Below are positions 24,563 through 32,000 of a stretch of 32,000 nucleotides of DNA, piece after piece. The translations under genes were made by a program, and so were the position numbers. Every line of letters starts with the position of its first letter. Positions within the stretch are counted from its first letter, which is position 1. The DNA is from Halomicronema hongdechloris C2206 (GTDB lineage Bacteria; Cyanobacteriota; Cyanobacteriia; Phormidesmidales; Phormidesmidaceae), in contig NZ_CP021983.2 of the NCBI RefSeq assembly GCF_002075285.3, positions 4,440,001 to 4,472,000 on the forward strand, given 5' to 3'. The notes under the pieces are model-generated. The model saw only the letters and a list, made by a program, of their open reading frames with translations, ran no database searches and was not told the DNA's origin.

Positions 24563-24584
24563 AAAACCCGCCTGCGCGGGTTTT
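24563..24584 (-). terminator. Symmetric (potentially bidirectional) intrinsic terminator downstream of the SGNH hydrolase gene
   Basis: AAAACCCGC-CUGC-GCGGGUUUU. A GC stem flanked by an A-run and a T-run, so it reads as stem plus U-tract on either strand. Confidence 0.6.
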
Positions 24585-24697
24585 CAGCTCAGTAAGATAG
24601 TCGGCACAGGCCGCCTTCGATTGTATAGCAGCGGTTTACTCAGAGAGAAGCCACTTCGTGTCTATAACCCGCCCCGCATTAAAGTTTTGTCTTAGTG

Positions 24698-25798
24698 CTA
24701 GATCGATAGAATGGCCGTCTGCCAGAGACGATAACCCTGGACATTGAGGTGGAGGCCGTCGGTGGTGAGCTCAGGGCGTAGTCGGCCCTGGGCATCGGCA
24801 AAGTCAGTGGCCACATTTAGAAATTGAATCTCTTCCTGGCGGGCAATCCAGGCAATGTCTCGATTCAACCGTTGCACCTGCTGGCTGGGAATATGGTCCC
24901 AGCGGGTGGGCAGAATGGAATGGAGTACGATGCGAGCCTGGGGATGTTGCTGTTGCAGCTGCCGCACGATTTGCCGCAAGTTTCTAGCCACCCTATTCAC
25001 AGGCACCCCATTCTTTAAATCGTTGATCCCAGCCATCAGGTGAATCGTGTCAGGGCGAGTTTGGGCAAAGGTGTCTAATCGGTTGAGAATATCGGCAGTG
25101 GTTTCCCCAGAAATACTCTGATTCAGCCAGAAGCGATCCCTGGGCAGATGCTCGGACGGTAACCACAGGCTCAAGGAATCTCCCACCACCACGGTCAGAC
25201 GGTTCTGCCCCTGGCCGGCAGCAACTGCTCTGGCCTCTTGCTGCAGCAAGGCCAACCACTGCCGCTGGCTAGGAGACTGCCCAGCCTGTTGCCACTGGCT
25301 AGCAAACTGACTGGGAGCAATACGGGTGTAGAGCTGGCCGGCTCGCAGGGCCGCCAACCGCTGGCGATAGAGCTGGCTACCGGTTTGGGGTCGGGGGGAT
25401 GGGGATACCGTCCTCGGCGGGGCCAGACGGGCGGTTTCAGGAGCAGCGTCAAGCACGGTAGGCGTGGTGTGCTCTGGGAACGGCATCGTTGGAGGGGGCA
25501 CCTCTAGGGTGGACCGAGTCGCCTCTAGGGAGTCTTGGGGATGGGGCCGGGGATCAGGGGGCACCGCACAGGGCGTCTTGGCCTTAGATTGGGGCACTTG
25601 GCAGGAGTCCTCTGGCAAGAGTAGAGGAGAGTCGGGCATCGTCGGCGGTGCGATCGCACGTATTCCAGGCACTCTCGCCCACGCGTCTCGCGCTTGAGGT
25701 TGACTAACATCAGGGGTTGGCGTCTCCGGCCCAGGCGTTCCCTCAGCCTGACTAGCCGTGGCGATCAGGTGAGCGACTAACCAACTCATATCTGCCAT
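24698..25798 (-). CDS. SGNH/GDSL hydrolase with a Pro-rich N-terminal region
   Basis: C-terminal domain: block I VVVGDSLSLW, GINDL, and a C-terminal DGLHLN (DxxH). The N-terminal ~170 aa are Pro/Thr/Ala-rich. The preferred start is the ATG at 25798 (AAGGAAAG upstream). The ORF is also open to the TTG at 25819. Confidence 0.75.
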   Translation of the reverse strand: MADMSWLVAHLIATASQAEGTPGPETPTPDVSQPQARDAWARVPGIRAIAPPTMPDSPLLLPEDSCQVPQSKAKTPCAVPPDPRPHPQDSLEATRSTLEVPPPTMPFPEHTTPTVLDAAPETARLAPPRTVSPSPRPQTGSQLYRQRLAALRAGQLYTRIAPSQFASQWQQAGQSPSQRQWLALLQQEARAVAAGQGQNRLTVVVGDSLSLWLPSEHLPRDRFWLNQSISGETTADILNRLDTFAQTRPDTIHLMAGINDLKNGVPVNRVARNLRQIVRQLQQQHPQARIVLHSILPTRWDHIPSQQVQRLNRDIAWIARQEEIQFLNVATDFADAQGRLRPELTTDGLHLNVQGYRLWQTAILSI

Positions 25799-26142
25799 GG
25801 TGCATCTTTCCTTACGCAACAGCTCCGTTCCCTTTTGCAGGACTGAGCAGCTGAGTCAGGACAGTTCCACCTGGGTTCTGCCAACCGGGATCGCTACTAA
25901 ACGTTAAGATCTAGCCCCAGCCCTGAAAAATCAGAACCTACTGGCCCAGAATAGATTCTGGGATCTTTACCATTAGCAACATAAGATCTTAATTGCCGAC
26001 TCCAGGCCTCTCAATTGCCCCTAGATATTGGGACGACACAGTGGCGGCAGCCTAGATGCTGCTCCTTGCTTCAGCACTCCCTATCTACAGGCAGAAGATC
26101 CCAAGCCCTCATTGGCCGTTGGATTGTTTACTCAACCTAGCT

Positions 26143-26739
26143 ATGGCGTATTACTGGTTCAAAGCGTTTCACATCATTGGTGTCGTCGTCTGGTTTGCCG
26201 GGTTGTTCTACCTGGTGCGTCTATTCATTTACCATGTCGAGGCTGATGCCGAACCAGAACCGGCCCAGAGCATTCTCAAGCAGCAATATACCTTGATGGA
26301 AAAACGGCTCTACCGCATCATCACCACCCCTGGCATGATTGTCACGGTGGCCATGGCCATTGGGTTGCTGGTGCTGATGCCGGACTACCTAAAATCCGGC
26401 TGGATGCATGCCAAACTTGGCCTGGTGGCTGTGCTCCTGGCCTATCACATGTATTGCGCTCGCCTGATGCGAAAGCTAGAGCAGGGAGAATGCCGTTGGT
26501 CCAGCCGCCAACTCCGGGCCCTCAATGAAGCCCCCACCCTACTGCTGGTGCTCATTGTCATGCTAGTGGTGTTCAAGAATAACCTGCCCGCCGACGCCAC
26601 CACCTGGCTAGTGGTCGGCCTTACCCTAGCCATGGCCGTCACGATTCAACTCTACGCCCGCAAACGCCGCCGGGATAAAGAACGGGCCCAGCAGGCGGAG
26701 AGCCCGGCTGTCGAGGAGCAAGCTCTGCAGGAGTCGTAG
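26143..26739 (+). CDS. hemJ: Protoporphyrinogen IX oxidase HemJ (UPF0093 family)
   Basis: The protein from the ATG at 26143 begins MAYYWFKAFHIIGVVVWFAGLFYLVRLFIYH. It has 4-5 TM segments and is ~198 aa, matching the cyanobacterial HemJ (slr1790-type) family. The ORF track's upstream start at 26056 is probably too long. Confidence 0.85.
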   Translation: MAYYWFKAFHIIGVVVWFAGLFYLVRLFIYHVEADAEPEPAQSILKQQYTLMEKRLYRIITTPGMIVTVAMAIGLLVLMPDYLKSGWMHAKLGLVAVLLAYHMYCARLMRKLEQGECRWSSRQLRALNEAPTLLLVLIVMLVVFKNNLPADATTWLVVGLTLAMAVTIQLYARKRRRDKERAQQAESPAVEEQALQES

Positions 26740-26743
26740 GGGA

Positions 26744-26882
26744 GTGAAGGGTGAAGGAGTGAAGGGTGAAGAGTGAAGAGTGAAGAGTGAAGAGTGAAGG
26801 GTAATTCTCGTTACTCGTTACTCGCTACTCATCCCACCTCCACCCCTTTTCCATCCTCCGTTCTCCGTCCTCCGTTCTCCGT
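26744..26882. repeat. Three adjacent blocks of heptanucleotide tandem repeats (STRR-like)
   Basis: Block 1: (GTGAAGR, occasionally 8 nt) x8 at 26744-26799. Block 2: (CTCGYTA) x3 at 26807-26830. Block 3: (YCTCCGT) x4 at 26855-26882. The array starts 5 nt after the hemJ stop. Confidence 0.9.
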
Positions 26883-27062
26883 TTTCACCTTCCCCATCAC
26901 CCACAACCCTCGCCCTGTGTCAAGGTATGCGGGGCGTTTTTAATGCTGCCACGCTGGCCTCTATTGAAAGGAATAGCTAAAGTCCTGATTTGGTAAACCC
27001 TGCAACCATTCTGGCGCTATACCTAAAATCCTAAAGAAATGTTGCAACTTTGGCGTCAAGCA

Positions 27063-27081
27063 GTTAATATTTAGTTACAAG
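27063..27081 (+). promoter_or_regulatory. Possible HLR1-like (RpaB-type) direct repeat upstream of hli
   Basis: GTTAATAT-TTA-GTTACAAG lies ~45 nt upstream of the hli ATG. It loosely resembles the (G/T)TTACA(T/A)(T/A) direct repeat of HLR1, but the spacing is one nt longer and the first half-site has one mismatch. Confidence 0.25.
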
Positions 27082-27125
27082 GACGATTCAACGTCTCCTG
27101 ATGAAGCGAGTGAGGTTCTTAAACC

Positions 27126-27269
27126 ATGGCTGAAGAGCAAGCTAAGTTCGGATTTACTCAATTTGCTGAAAACTGGAATGGCCGCCTGGCTATGCTGGGA
27201 TTCATCATCGGTCTAGCGACTGAGCTGTTGACCGGCCAAGGCATCCTGGCACAACTAGGCCTGATGTAA
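27126..27269 (+). CDS. hli: High-light-inducible protein (Hli/Scp, one-helix CAB family), 47 aa
   Basis: Absent from the ORF track because it is shorter than 60 aa. Product: MAEEQAKFGFTQFAENWNGRLAMLGFIIGLATELLTGQGILAQLGLM, which carries the diagnostic AE.WNGR.AM.GF chlorophyll-binding helix. A strong terminator follows. Confidence 0.88.
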   Translation: MAEEQAKFGFTQFAENWNGRLAMLGFIIGLATELLTGQGILAQLGLM

Positions 27270-27339
27270 GCGCGTCATCAACGATGCACCGATGCCGCGC
27301 AACGGCGGCAGCCATATTACGGCTAGAGGATATTTGCTG

Positions 27340-27366
27340 GGGTGAGCGACAAGCTCACCCTTTTTT
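27340..27366 (+). terminator. Intrinsic terminator after hli
   Basis: GGGUGAGC-GACAA-GCUCACCC gives a perfect 8-bp stem, followed by UUUUUU. Confidence 0.8.
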
Positions 27367-27446
27367 GCGGGTGCGGAGCCACTGGCAGTGCTTTGGGCTC
27401 TCTAGCCCCTCAGCCGAGGCGAACTGTCTATGCTGTCCTGAGGGCT

Positions 27447-27761
27447 CTAGCCTGGGTCATGCACAGAATTGTCCCAAGTGCTGGTTGACCGCAAGACCTC
27501 TGGAATCTGGGCATCGCCCTCAAATTCCAGCAGGGTTTCCCGGTAGCCCAGATATCCGGATTCAGCGAAGGCCATTAACATGCGGTTGAGAGCGATCCAC
27601 ACGGCGGCTTCATATTCCCAGTCTTGGTCCCGTCGACTGCGGTCGGCAATGGAGCGCAGGGCCCAGAAAAAGGTATTTCGTACCACCGAGCCCGTTTTTT
27701 GGTACTGGGGTACGTCGTCGCGATGGAGATAGAGGACGTCGTTGTGAATGTGGGCTCGCAT
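27447..27761 (-). CDS. Hypothetical protein (104 aa)
   Basis: Protein-like composition (…VVRNTFFWALRSIADRSRRDQDWEYEAAVWIALNRMLMAFAESGYLGYRETLLEF…). Divergent from the ABC ATPase gene. No family recognised by eye. Confidence 0.5.
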   Translation of the reverse strand: MRAHIHNDVLYLHRDDVPQYQKTGSVVRNTFFWALRSIADRSRRDQDWEYEAAVWIALNRMLMAFAESGYLGYRETLLEFEGDAQIPEVLRSTSTWDNSVHDPG

Positions 27762-27813
27762 ACTGTTGATTCGAGAGTGATACCGTTATCAGAGGGGAGT
27801 TTTGAGCGCGACT

Positions 27814-28665
27814 ATGGCGGCTGCGGTTCTACTGCAAAACGTTCATAAGGTTTATAACAACATCCCCGTGGTCAACAATCTGTCGCTGACCATCGAAGCA
27901 GGGGAAATGTTTGGTCTCTTGGGGCCCAATGGAGCTGGCAAATCCACCACCCTGCGCATGATCACCACCCTGACGCAACCCACCCAGGGAGATATTGTGG
28001 TGGCAGGCTATGACGTCTCTCGCCAGCCCTTAGAGGTGCGCCGCCAGATTGGCGTGGTGCTGCAACAGACTAGCGTTGATGGGGATTTGACCGTTTGGGA
28101 AAACATGGAATTCCATGGTCGCATGCACCATCTACCGAATCCTCGCCGTCAGCGCCAAATTGTGCAGTGGCTAGAGTTTGTGGAGTTGGCAGAGCGCCGC
28201 AATGATAAGGTCAAGACCCTATCGGGGGGGATGAAGCGGCGGTTGCAAATCGCCCGTGCCCTGTTACATGAGCCGAATATTCTCTTCCTAGATGAGCCGA
28301 CGGTGGGCCTCGATCCCCAAACCCGCCGTCGCCTCTGGGAAATTATCCAGGGACTCAATCAGCAGGGCATCACCATGTTGCTGACCACTCACTACATGGA
28401 AGAGGTGGAATATCTGTGCGATCGCATCGGCATTTTAGACCAAGGCCAGTTGATCGAGATCGGCAGCCTGGAGCAACTGCGCCACAAACACGGGGAAGGA
28501 CTTGTCATGACACAACGGGGAGATCGCTGGGACTATTTATTTTTCCCCACCCTGACTGCCGCCCACGAGCATGTTGACCAGCAACCCGACAAAACCGGCA
28601 TGATGGCCCGCCCCTCTAACCTGGAAGATATCTTCGTAGAACTCACTGGCCATGACCTAGGCTAA
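27814..28665 (+). CDS. ABC transporter ATP-binding protein (ABC-2/DrrA-like)
   Basis: Walker A GPNGAGKST, Q-loop, signature LSGGMKRRL, Walker B ILFLDEPTVGLD, and the H-loop in LLTTHYMEE. The ATG at 27814 is preferred. The ORF is also open from the TTG at 27802. Confidence 0.9.
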   Translation: MAAAVLLQNVHKVYNNIPVVNNLSLTIEAGEMFGLLGPNGAGKSTTLRMITTLTQPTQGDIVVAGYDVSRQPLEVRRQIGVVLQQTSVDGDLTVWENMEFHGRMHHLPNPRRQRQIVQWLEFVELAERRNDKVKTLSGGMKRRLQIARALLHEPNILFLDEPTVGLDPQTRRRLWEIIQGLNQQGITMLLTTHYMEEVEYLCDRIGILDQGQLIEIGSLEQLRHKHGEGLVMTQRGDRWDYLFFPTLTAAHEHVDQQPDKTGMMARPSNLEDIFVELTGHDLG

Positions 28666-28851
28666 GACGCCAAGGCAGACGTAATGGCTACTATGGGGGG
28701 AATGCCAGTTCTTGTAGAAAACGCCACCTACGATTGGCAATAGAGTTGGGGGCTGAGGGGCGCCAGAGAATTGGTATAAGGGGGCAGAGGCGCACAATGG
28801 GCAGCCGTAGCGATACTCTAAACTAAACCCAGTATTGTCTTGACCGTCGCC

Positions 28852-29385
28852 ATGCCTCCCCTGGCCAGCACCATCGAAGCCATTCTCTATCTCAAGGGCC
28901 GCCCCCTGAGCCTGAATGAGATTGCTGATTATGCTCGCTGCGATCGCAGCGACGCGGAAGAGGGGCTGATGGAGCTCATGGACGACTACGCCCACCGGGC
29001 CAGCGCCCTCGAAGTGGCCGAGACCAAGGCCGGGTATTGTCTGCAGCTCAAAGAAGGCTATCGCTATCTGGTCGATGCCCTGATTCCTCTCGATCTAGGG
29101 CTAGGGGCCCTGCGTACCCTAGCAGCCATTGCTCTCAAAGGCCCCATCAGTCAGACTGACCTGGTAGACTTGCGCGGCTCCGGTGCCTACCAGCATGTGC
29201 AAGAACTGGTGCAATTGGGCTTTGTGAAAAAACGCCGTCAGTCAGACGGTCGCTCTTTCTGGCTGCACGTCACCGAAAAGTTTCATCAACACTTTGAAAT
29301 CGACCAACTGCCCACCATTCAGCAGTCTCGCCCCGCGACAGATGCCCAGGATGAGGCGGCCTCTAGCCTAGATCAGGCCTCATGA
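28852..29385 (+). CDS. scpB: Segregation and condensation protein B
   Basis: N-terminal IEAILYLKGRPLSLNEIA and a second wHTH (LRTLAAIALKGPISQTDLVDLRGSGAYQHVQELVQLGFV), as in ScpB. The ATG at 28852 is preferred over the TTG at 28840. Confidence 0.8.
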   Translation: MPPLASTIEAILYLKGRPLSLNEIADYARCDRSDAEEGLMELMDDYAHRASALEVAETKAGYCLQLKEGYRYLVDALIPLDLGLGALRTLAAIALKGPISQTDLVDLRGSGAYQHVQELVQLGFVKKRRQSDGRSFWLHVTEKFHQHFEIDQLPTIQQSRPATDAQDEAASSLDQAS

Positions 29386-29603
29386 GCAGCCGTCTCCAAT
29401 TCAGTACGATATGATCAGTCAATACCTTTTGTAACTAACTGTCTGCAACATCAGGTGCAGGGGTGCTTTCACTATCGACCGGACCAGCCACACCCCAAGT
29501 CAGCCAGCGAGATCATTTCCCATCCTTGGGAAGCTCCTTGGGAGAAGTTCGCCTAATCCCGCAGATAGGTCTTAAGGTGTAGATGTAGGTTCCTAGAATA
29601 TTT

Positions 29604-29975
29604 ATGGTGTTTAACCCTGAAGATGCCGAGTTCATGAGCATTCCGACGGACAGTGAGCAGTCTAATCAACTGCTACAGTACCTGCAAAATCAGTCTCCAG
29701 AGGTGCTCACCCGCATCGCTCAGTCAGTTAGTGTCGATATTAAACAGATTATTTCCCATAACGTGCAGGGATTGATTGGAGTGCTACCTGCAGATGGGTT
29801 TAACGTAAAAGTCACCACTGATCGAGAAAACCTCGCCGGTCTTTTGGCCTCAGCCATGATGACGGGCTATTTTCTCCGCCAGATGGAACAGCGGATGGAA
29901 CTAGAAGACCAGTTGTCCGGATCCTGGTCATCCTTTGGCAGTGAGTCGGAGTCTCACCACCCTGACAGCGATTAG
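29604..29975 (+). CDS. DUF760-family protein (cyanobacteria/plastid lineage)
   Basis: LLQYLQNQSPEVLTRIAQSVS..IKQIISHNVQGLIGVLP...F.V.V.TDRENLAGLLASAMMTGYFLRQMEQRMELE matches my recollection of the DUF760 consensus. Confidence 0.65.
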   Translation: MVFNPEDAEFMSIPTDSEQSNQLLQYLQNQSPEVLTRIAQSVSVDIKQIISHNVQGLIGVLPADGFNVKVTTDRENLAGLLASAMMTGYFLRQMEQRMELEDQLSGSWSSFGSESESHHPDSD

Positions 29976-30266
29976 GCATCGCAGTACCAGCCGAACCAAT
30001 CTGTATCGGTGTTCCAGATCAGTGTTCCAGGCTTCTCCACTGGGGGATAGCCGTGGCGAATTGTTTGCTGTTTGCCTGCGTTTCGCTAGATGCGATCGCA
30101 GGTGATTGGGTGGCGTTCCATCGGCAATAGGGAGGCTTAAAATGCTCTAACGGCTTTTGCCCTGGTACTGTGCGACCCCAGCTGTCTGACTCTTGATTTT
30201 TCAGTCCATTGCGATCGCACGCACCTCAGCTGGCGCCGTTGCCGACTCGGACAAATCGCATAGCAA

Positions 30267-31499
30267 TCACTGTAGATCGGGTGGCAACGCCGTCGGTCGC
30301 ACCGCTATGCTGCGGGTCTCGCCATCGCGAATTACCTCAACAGTTACAGGTTCACCGATCTCGGTGCCCTCTACTTGGGTCTGTACGTCCGTCGGGGTTT
30401 CGATCGGTTTACCGTTAATGCTCTGGATAATATCTCCCCGCAACAGCCCTGCTGCCTCTGCTGGCGTTCCCTCGAGCACACGGACGATGATCACCCCTTC
30501 ATCTCGATCGACTTTGACATTGAGTTCGGGGTCGGTATTGATTCGCTGTCGCATCTCCGGCGATAGATTTACCATCTGAATCCCCAAGTAGGGATGTTGC
30601 ACCTCACCGGTGGTAAAGAGCTGCTCGGCAATGCGTTCCGCCGTTTCAATAGGGATGGCAAACCCCAGTCCCTGGGCATTGGCTCGAATCGCTGTATTCA
30701 TGCCAATGACTTGCCCCTGATCATCTAACAGAGGCCCCCCAGAATTGCCTGGGTTAATGGCGGCATCGGTTTGAATAAACTGGACCCGCTTATCAGGAAT
30801 GCCGACTTGGGAGCTGGTACGACCAATGGCACTGATGATGCCGGCAGTGACTGTATTATCCAGCCCCAGGGGGTTACCAATGGCAATGGCCCACTGGCCG
30901 GGGGCTAAGTTCTCAGTCGTGCCTAAGGCCACTGCCGGCAGATCCGTCGCATCGATCTTAATGGCTGCCACATCGGTGACCGAGTCCGCCCCAACCACAG
31001 AGCCTTCAAAGCTACGACCATCCTTAAGCGTGACAGTTACCCTGTCGGCCCCCTCCACCACATGGGCATTGGTGAGGATGCGGCCATTCGGGTTGATGAT
31101 GAAGCCGGACCCGGTGCCCTGTTCAATCTGATCCGGAATGGCGTCCTCCGGCATTTCATCGCCAAAGAAGCGACGAAACAGGGGATTTTGTAGGGCGTCG
31201 GGCATATCCCCCATGAGGGAGCGAGCGGCATCAATGCGCACGACCGCTGGTCCCACCTGTTCAACGGCGTCTGCAATGAAATTGGGGTTACTCCGACGGG
31301 CTGCCCGCGTCACTCTCGGCTCCACAGACTCAGAGTCGACAACGGATTGCAGAGATGTGCTCAGTACAGGAGACACATCGGTTGTCTCTGGTTCCGGCAG
31401 CAGCAGTTGAGTAGTGTAGTGATGACCAACCCAGCCTGCGCCGCAGCCTGCCACTAATGCAGCAGCTATCATCACCGCCTGTTTCGGGTAAGACCCCAT
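30267..31499 (-). CDS. HtrA/DegP-family serine protease with C-terminal PDZ domain
   Basis: Trypsin-like domain with TNAHVV (His), the catalytic Ser in TDAAINPGNSGGPLL, and a PDZ segment (GVIIVRVLEGTPAEAAGLLRGDIIQSINGKPI). The ATG at 31499 (GAGGAAA upstream) is preferred over the TTG at 31526. The N-terminus is a signal/anchor sequence. Confidence 0.9.
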   Translation of the reverse strand: MGSYPKQAVMIAAALVAGCGAGWVGHHYTTQLLLPEPETTDVSPVLSTSLQSVVDSESVEPRVTRAARRSNPNFIADAVEQVGPAVVRIDAARSLMGDMPDALQNPLFRRFFGDEMPEDAIPDQIEQGTGSGFIINPNGRILTNAHVVEGADRVTVTLKDGRSFEGSVVGADSVTDVAAIKIDATDLPAVALGTTENLAPGQWAIAIGNPLGLDNTVTAGIISAIGRTSSQVGIPDKRVQFIQTDAAINPGNSGGPLLDDQGQVIGMNTAIRANAQGLGFAIPIETAERIAEQLFTTGEVQHPYLGIQMVNLSPEMRQRINTDPELNVKVDRDEGVIIVRVLEGTPAEAAGLLRGDIIQSINGKPIETPTDVQTQVEGTEIGEPVTVEVIRDGETRSIAVRPTALPPDLQ

Positions 31500-31682
31500 G
31501 GTGTTTCCTCGTCGGCGAGAAGCCAATTAAACTTGGCAGAGAAACTCTGCTGCCTTTACTCTAGCGAAAATTTCACCTGCTACGATCGGGGTAATACCCT
31601 GAAGATCCCATAAAGCGCCTCGATTCACAGCCGCGGTGACGAGTATCTCCTCAACTATAGTAATCCGCAATAGTGCCCCGCA

Positions 31683-32000
31683 ATGATGATGGTGTATCGC
31701 TTCTTAGCGGCAGCAACAGTCTCCTGGAGAGTCTTGCTGCTGAGCGTAGTATCCCTTGGGTTAGTGCAATCCGCCGCTGCTCAGTCCCTAGCCAGCACCG
31801 TTGCTGATCATGGGGCAGATCGCAGCACATTATGCCCAGTACCAGCCTTGAGTCGGGTAGTAGCACATCGGATTACCGCTGGCGAAACCCTAGATAGCAT
31901 TGCCCAGCAATATGGGGTACTGCCAGTGACCATATTGGGTATGAATCCTGGCGCATCCCCCGATTCCCTAAGGGTAGGGCGTTCTCTACGCATCCCTCCC
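31683..32000 (+). CDS. Secreted LysM-domain protein, 3'-truncated by the window edge
   Basis: Not in the ORF track because no stop falls within the window. Product: MMMVYRFLAAATVSWRVLLLSVVSLGLVQSAAAQ (signal peptide) ...HRITAGETLDSIAQQYGVLPVTILGMNPGASPDSLRVGRSLRIPP. The second part is a typical LysM motif. The frame is open to base 32000. Confidence 0.7.
   Translation, partial: MMMVYRFLAAATVSWRVLLLSVVSLGLVQSAAAQSLASTVADHGADRSTLCPVPALSRVVAHRITAGETLDSIAQQYGVLPVTILGMNPGASPDSLRVGRSLRIPP

Noticed and set aside
26056-26142. Upstream extension of hemJ (ORF-track start at 26056)
   Set aside because: The family-typical N-terminus MAYYWFKAFH begins at the ATG at 26143. The extra 29 residues have no counterpart in HemJ as I know it.
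26744-26882. Considered whether the short repeats after hemJ are a CRISPR array
   Set aside because: The units are 7 nt and directly abutting, with no spacers. CRISPR repeats are ~24-40 nt and separated by unique spacers of similar length. No cas genes are present in the window.
30193-31410. Plus-strand ORFs 30193-30579, 30799-31131 and 31138-31410
   Set aside because: They are antisense to the HtrA protease gene, which has unambiguous catalytic and PDZ motifs. The products are low-complexity Ser/Thr/Ala/Pro-rich.
31651-31993. Minus-strand ORFs 31651-31866 and 31808-31993
   Set aside because: They are antisense to a plus-strand frame that is open to the window end and encodes a signal peptide plus a textbook LysM motif.

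Overview
This window looks like a cyanobacterial chromosome segment. I count 16 copies of the HIP1 octamer GCGATCGC by eye, and it carries hemJ, a high-light-inducible (Hli) protein gene, a DUF760 gene, a PBS-lyase-type HEAT-repeat gene and heptanucleotide STRR-like repeats. Background GC is roughly 55-65% in hand-counted 60-nt lines.

Most of the window is ordinary core genome. On the minus strand sits the classic array tRNA-Trp > secE > nusG > rplK > rplA > rplJ > rplL, followed by rplS, gloB, mutS, a rhomboid protease and an LD-carboxypeptidase. Further on are a HEAT-repeat protein, a CBS protein, an M42 peptidase, a thioredoxin-like protein, a UvrD-like helicase, an SGNH hydrolase, hemJ, hli, an ABC ATPase, scpB, DUF760, an HtrA protease and a 3'-truncated LysM protein.

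Two compositionally foreign accessory loci stand out.

(1) 13934-18923, plus strand. This is a tightly coupled three-gene cassette wedged between minus-strand housekeeping genes:
- a 368-aa protein with a C-terminal DUF559/Vsr-like endonuclease fold;
- a ~220-aa predicted double winged-helix protein;
- a 1071-aa protein with two P-loop modules, an N-terminal ORC/STAND-like NTPase and a C-terminal HerA/FtsK-like (DUF87-type) ATPase.
I cannot assign this gene combination to any named defence or mobile system. It is my best candidate for an undescribed nuclease plus HerA-type system. It also carries a sharp internal GC mosaic: about 15040-16910 is ~40-47% GC, and one boundary falls inside the large ORF.

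(2) 1-1659. This AT-rich, HIP1-free block encodes the C-terminal part of an AAA_15/AAA_21 ABC-type ATPase, translationally coupled (ATGA overlap) to a small PIN-like protein. It resembles a Septu/PARIS-style ATPase-nuclease pair with a different nuclease.

Smaller oddities:
- rplA ends about 20-25 codons early, while a canonical L1 tail is still encoded beyond the stop;
- a 41-bp tandem duplication lies in the rplK-rplA spacer;
- coding microsatellites occur in secE and rplL;
- gene fragments sit at the junction of island (1).

All functional calls rest on motif recognition by eye. No database search was run.
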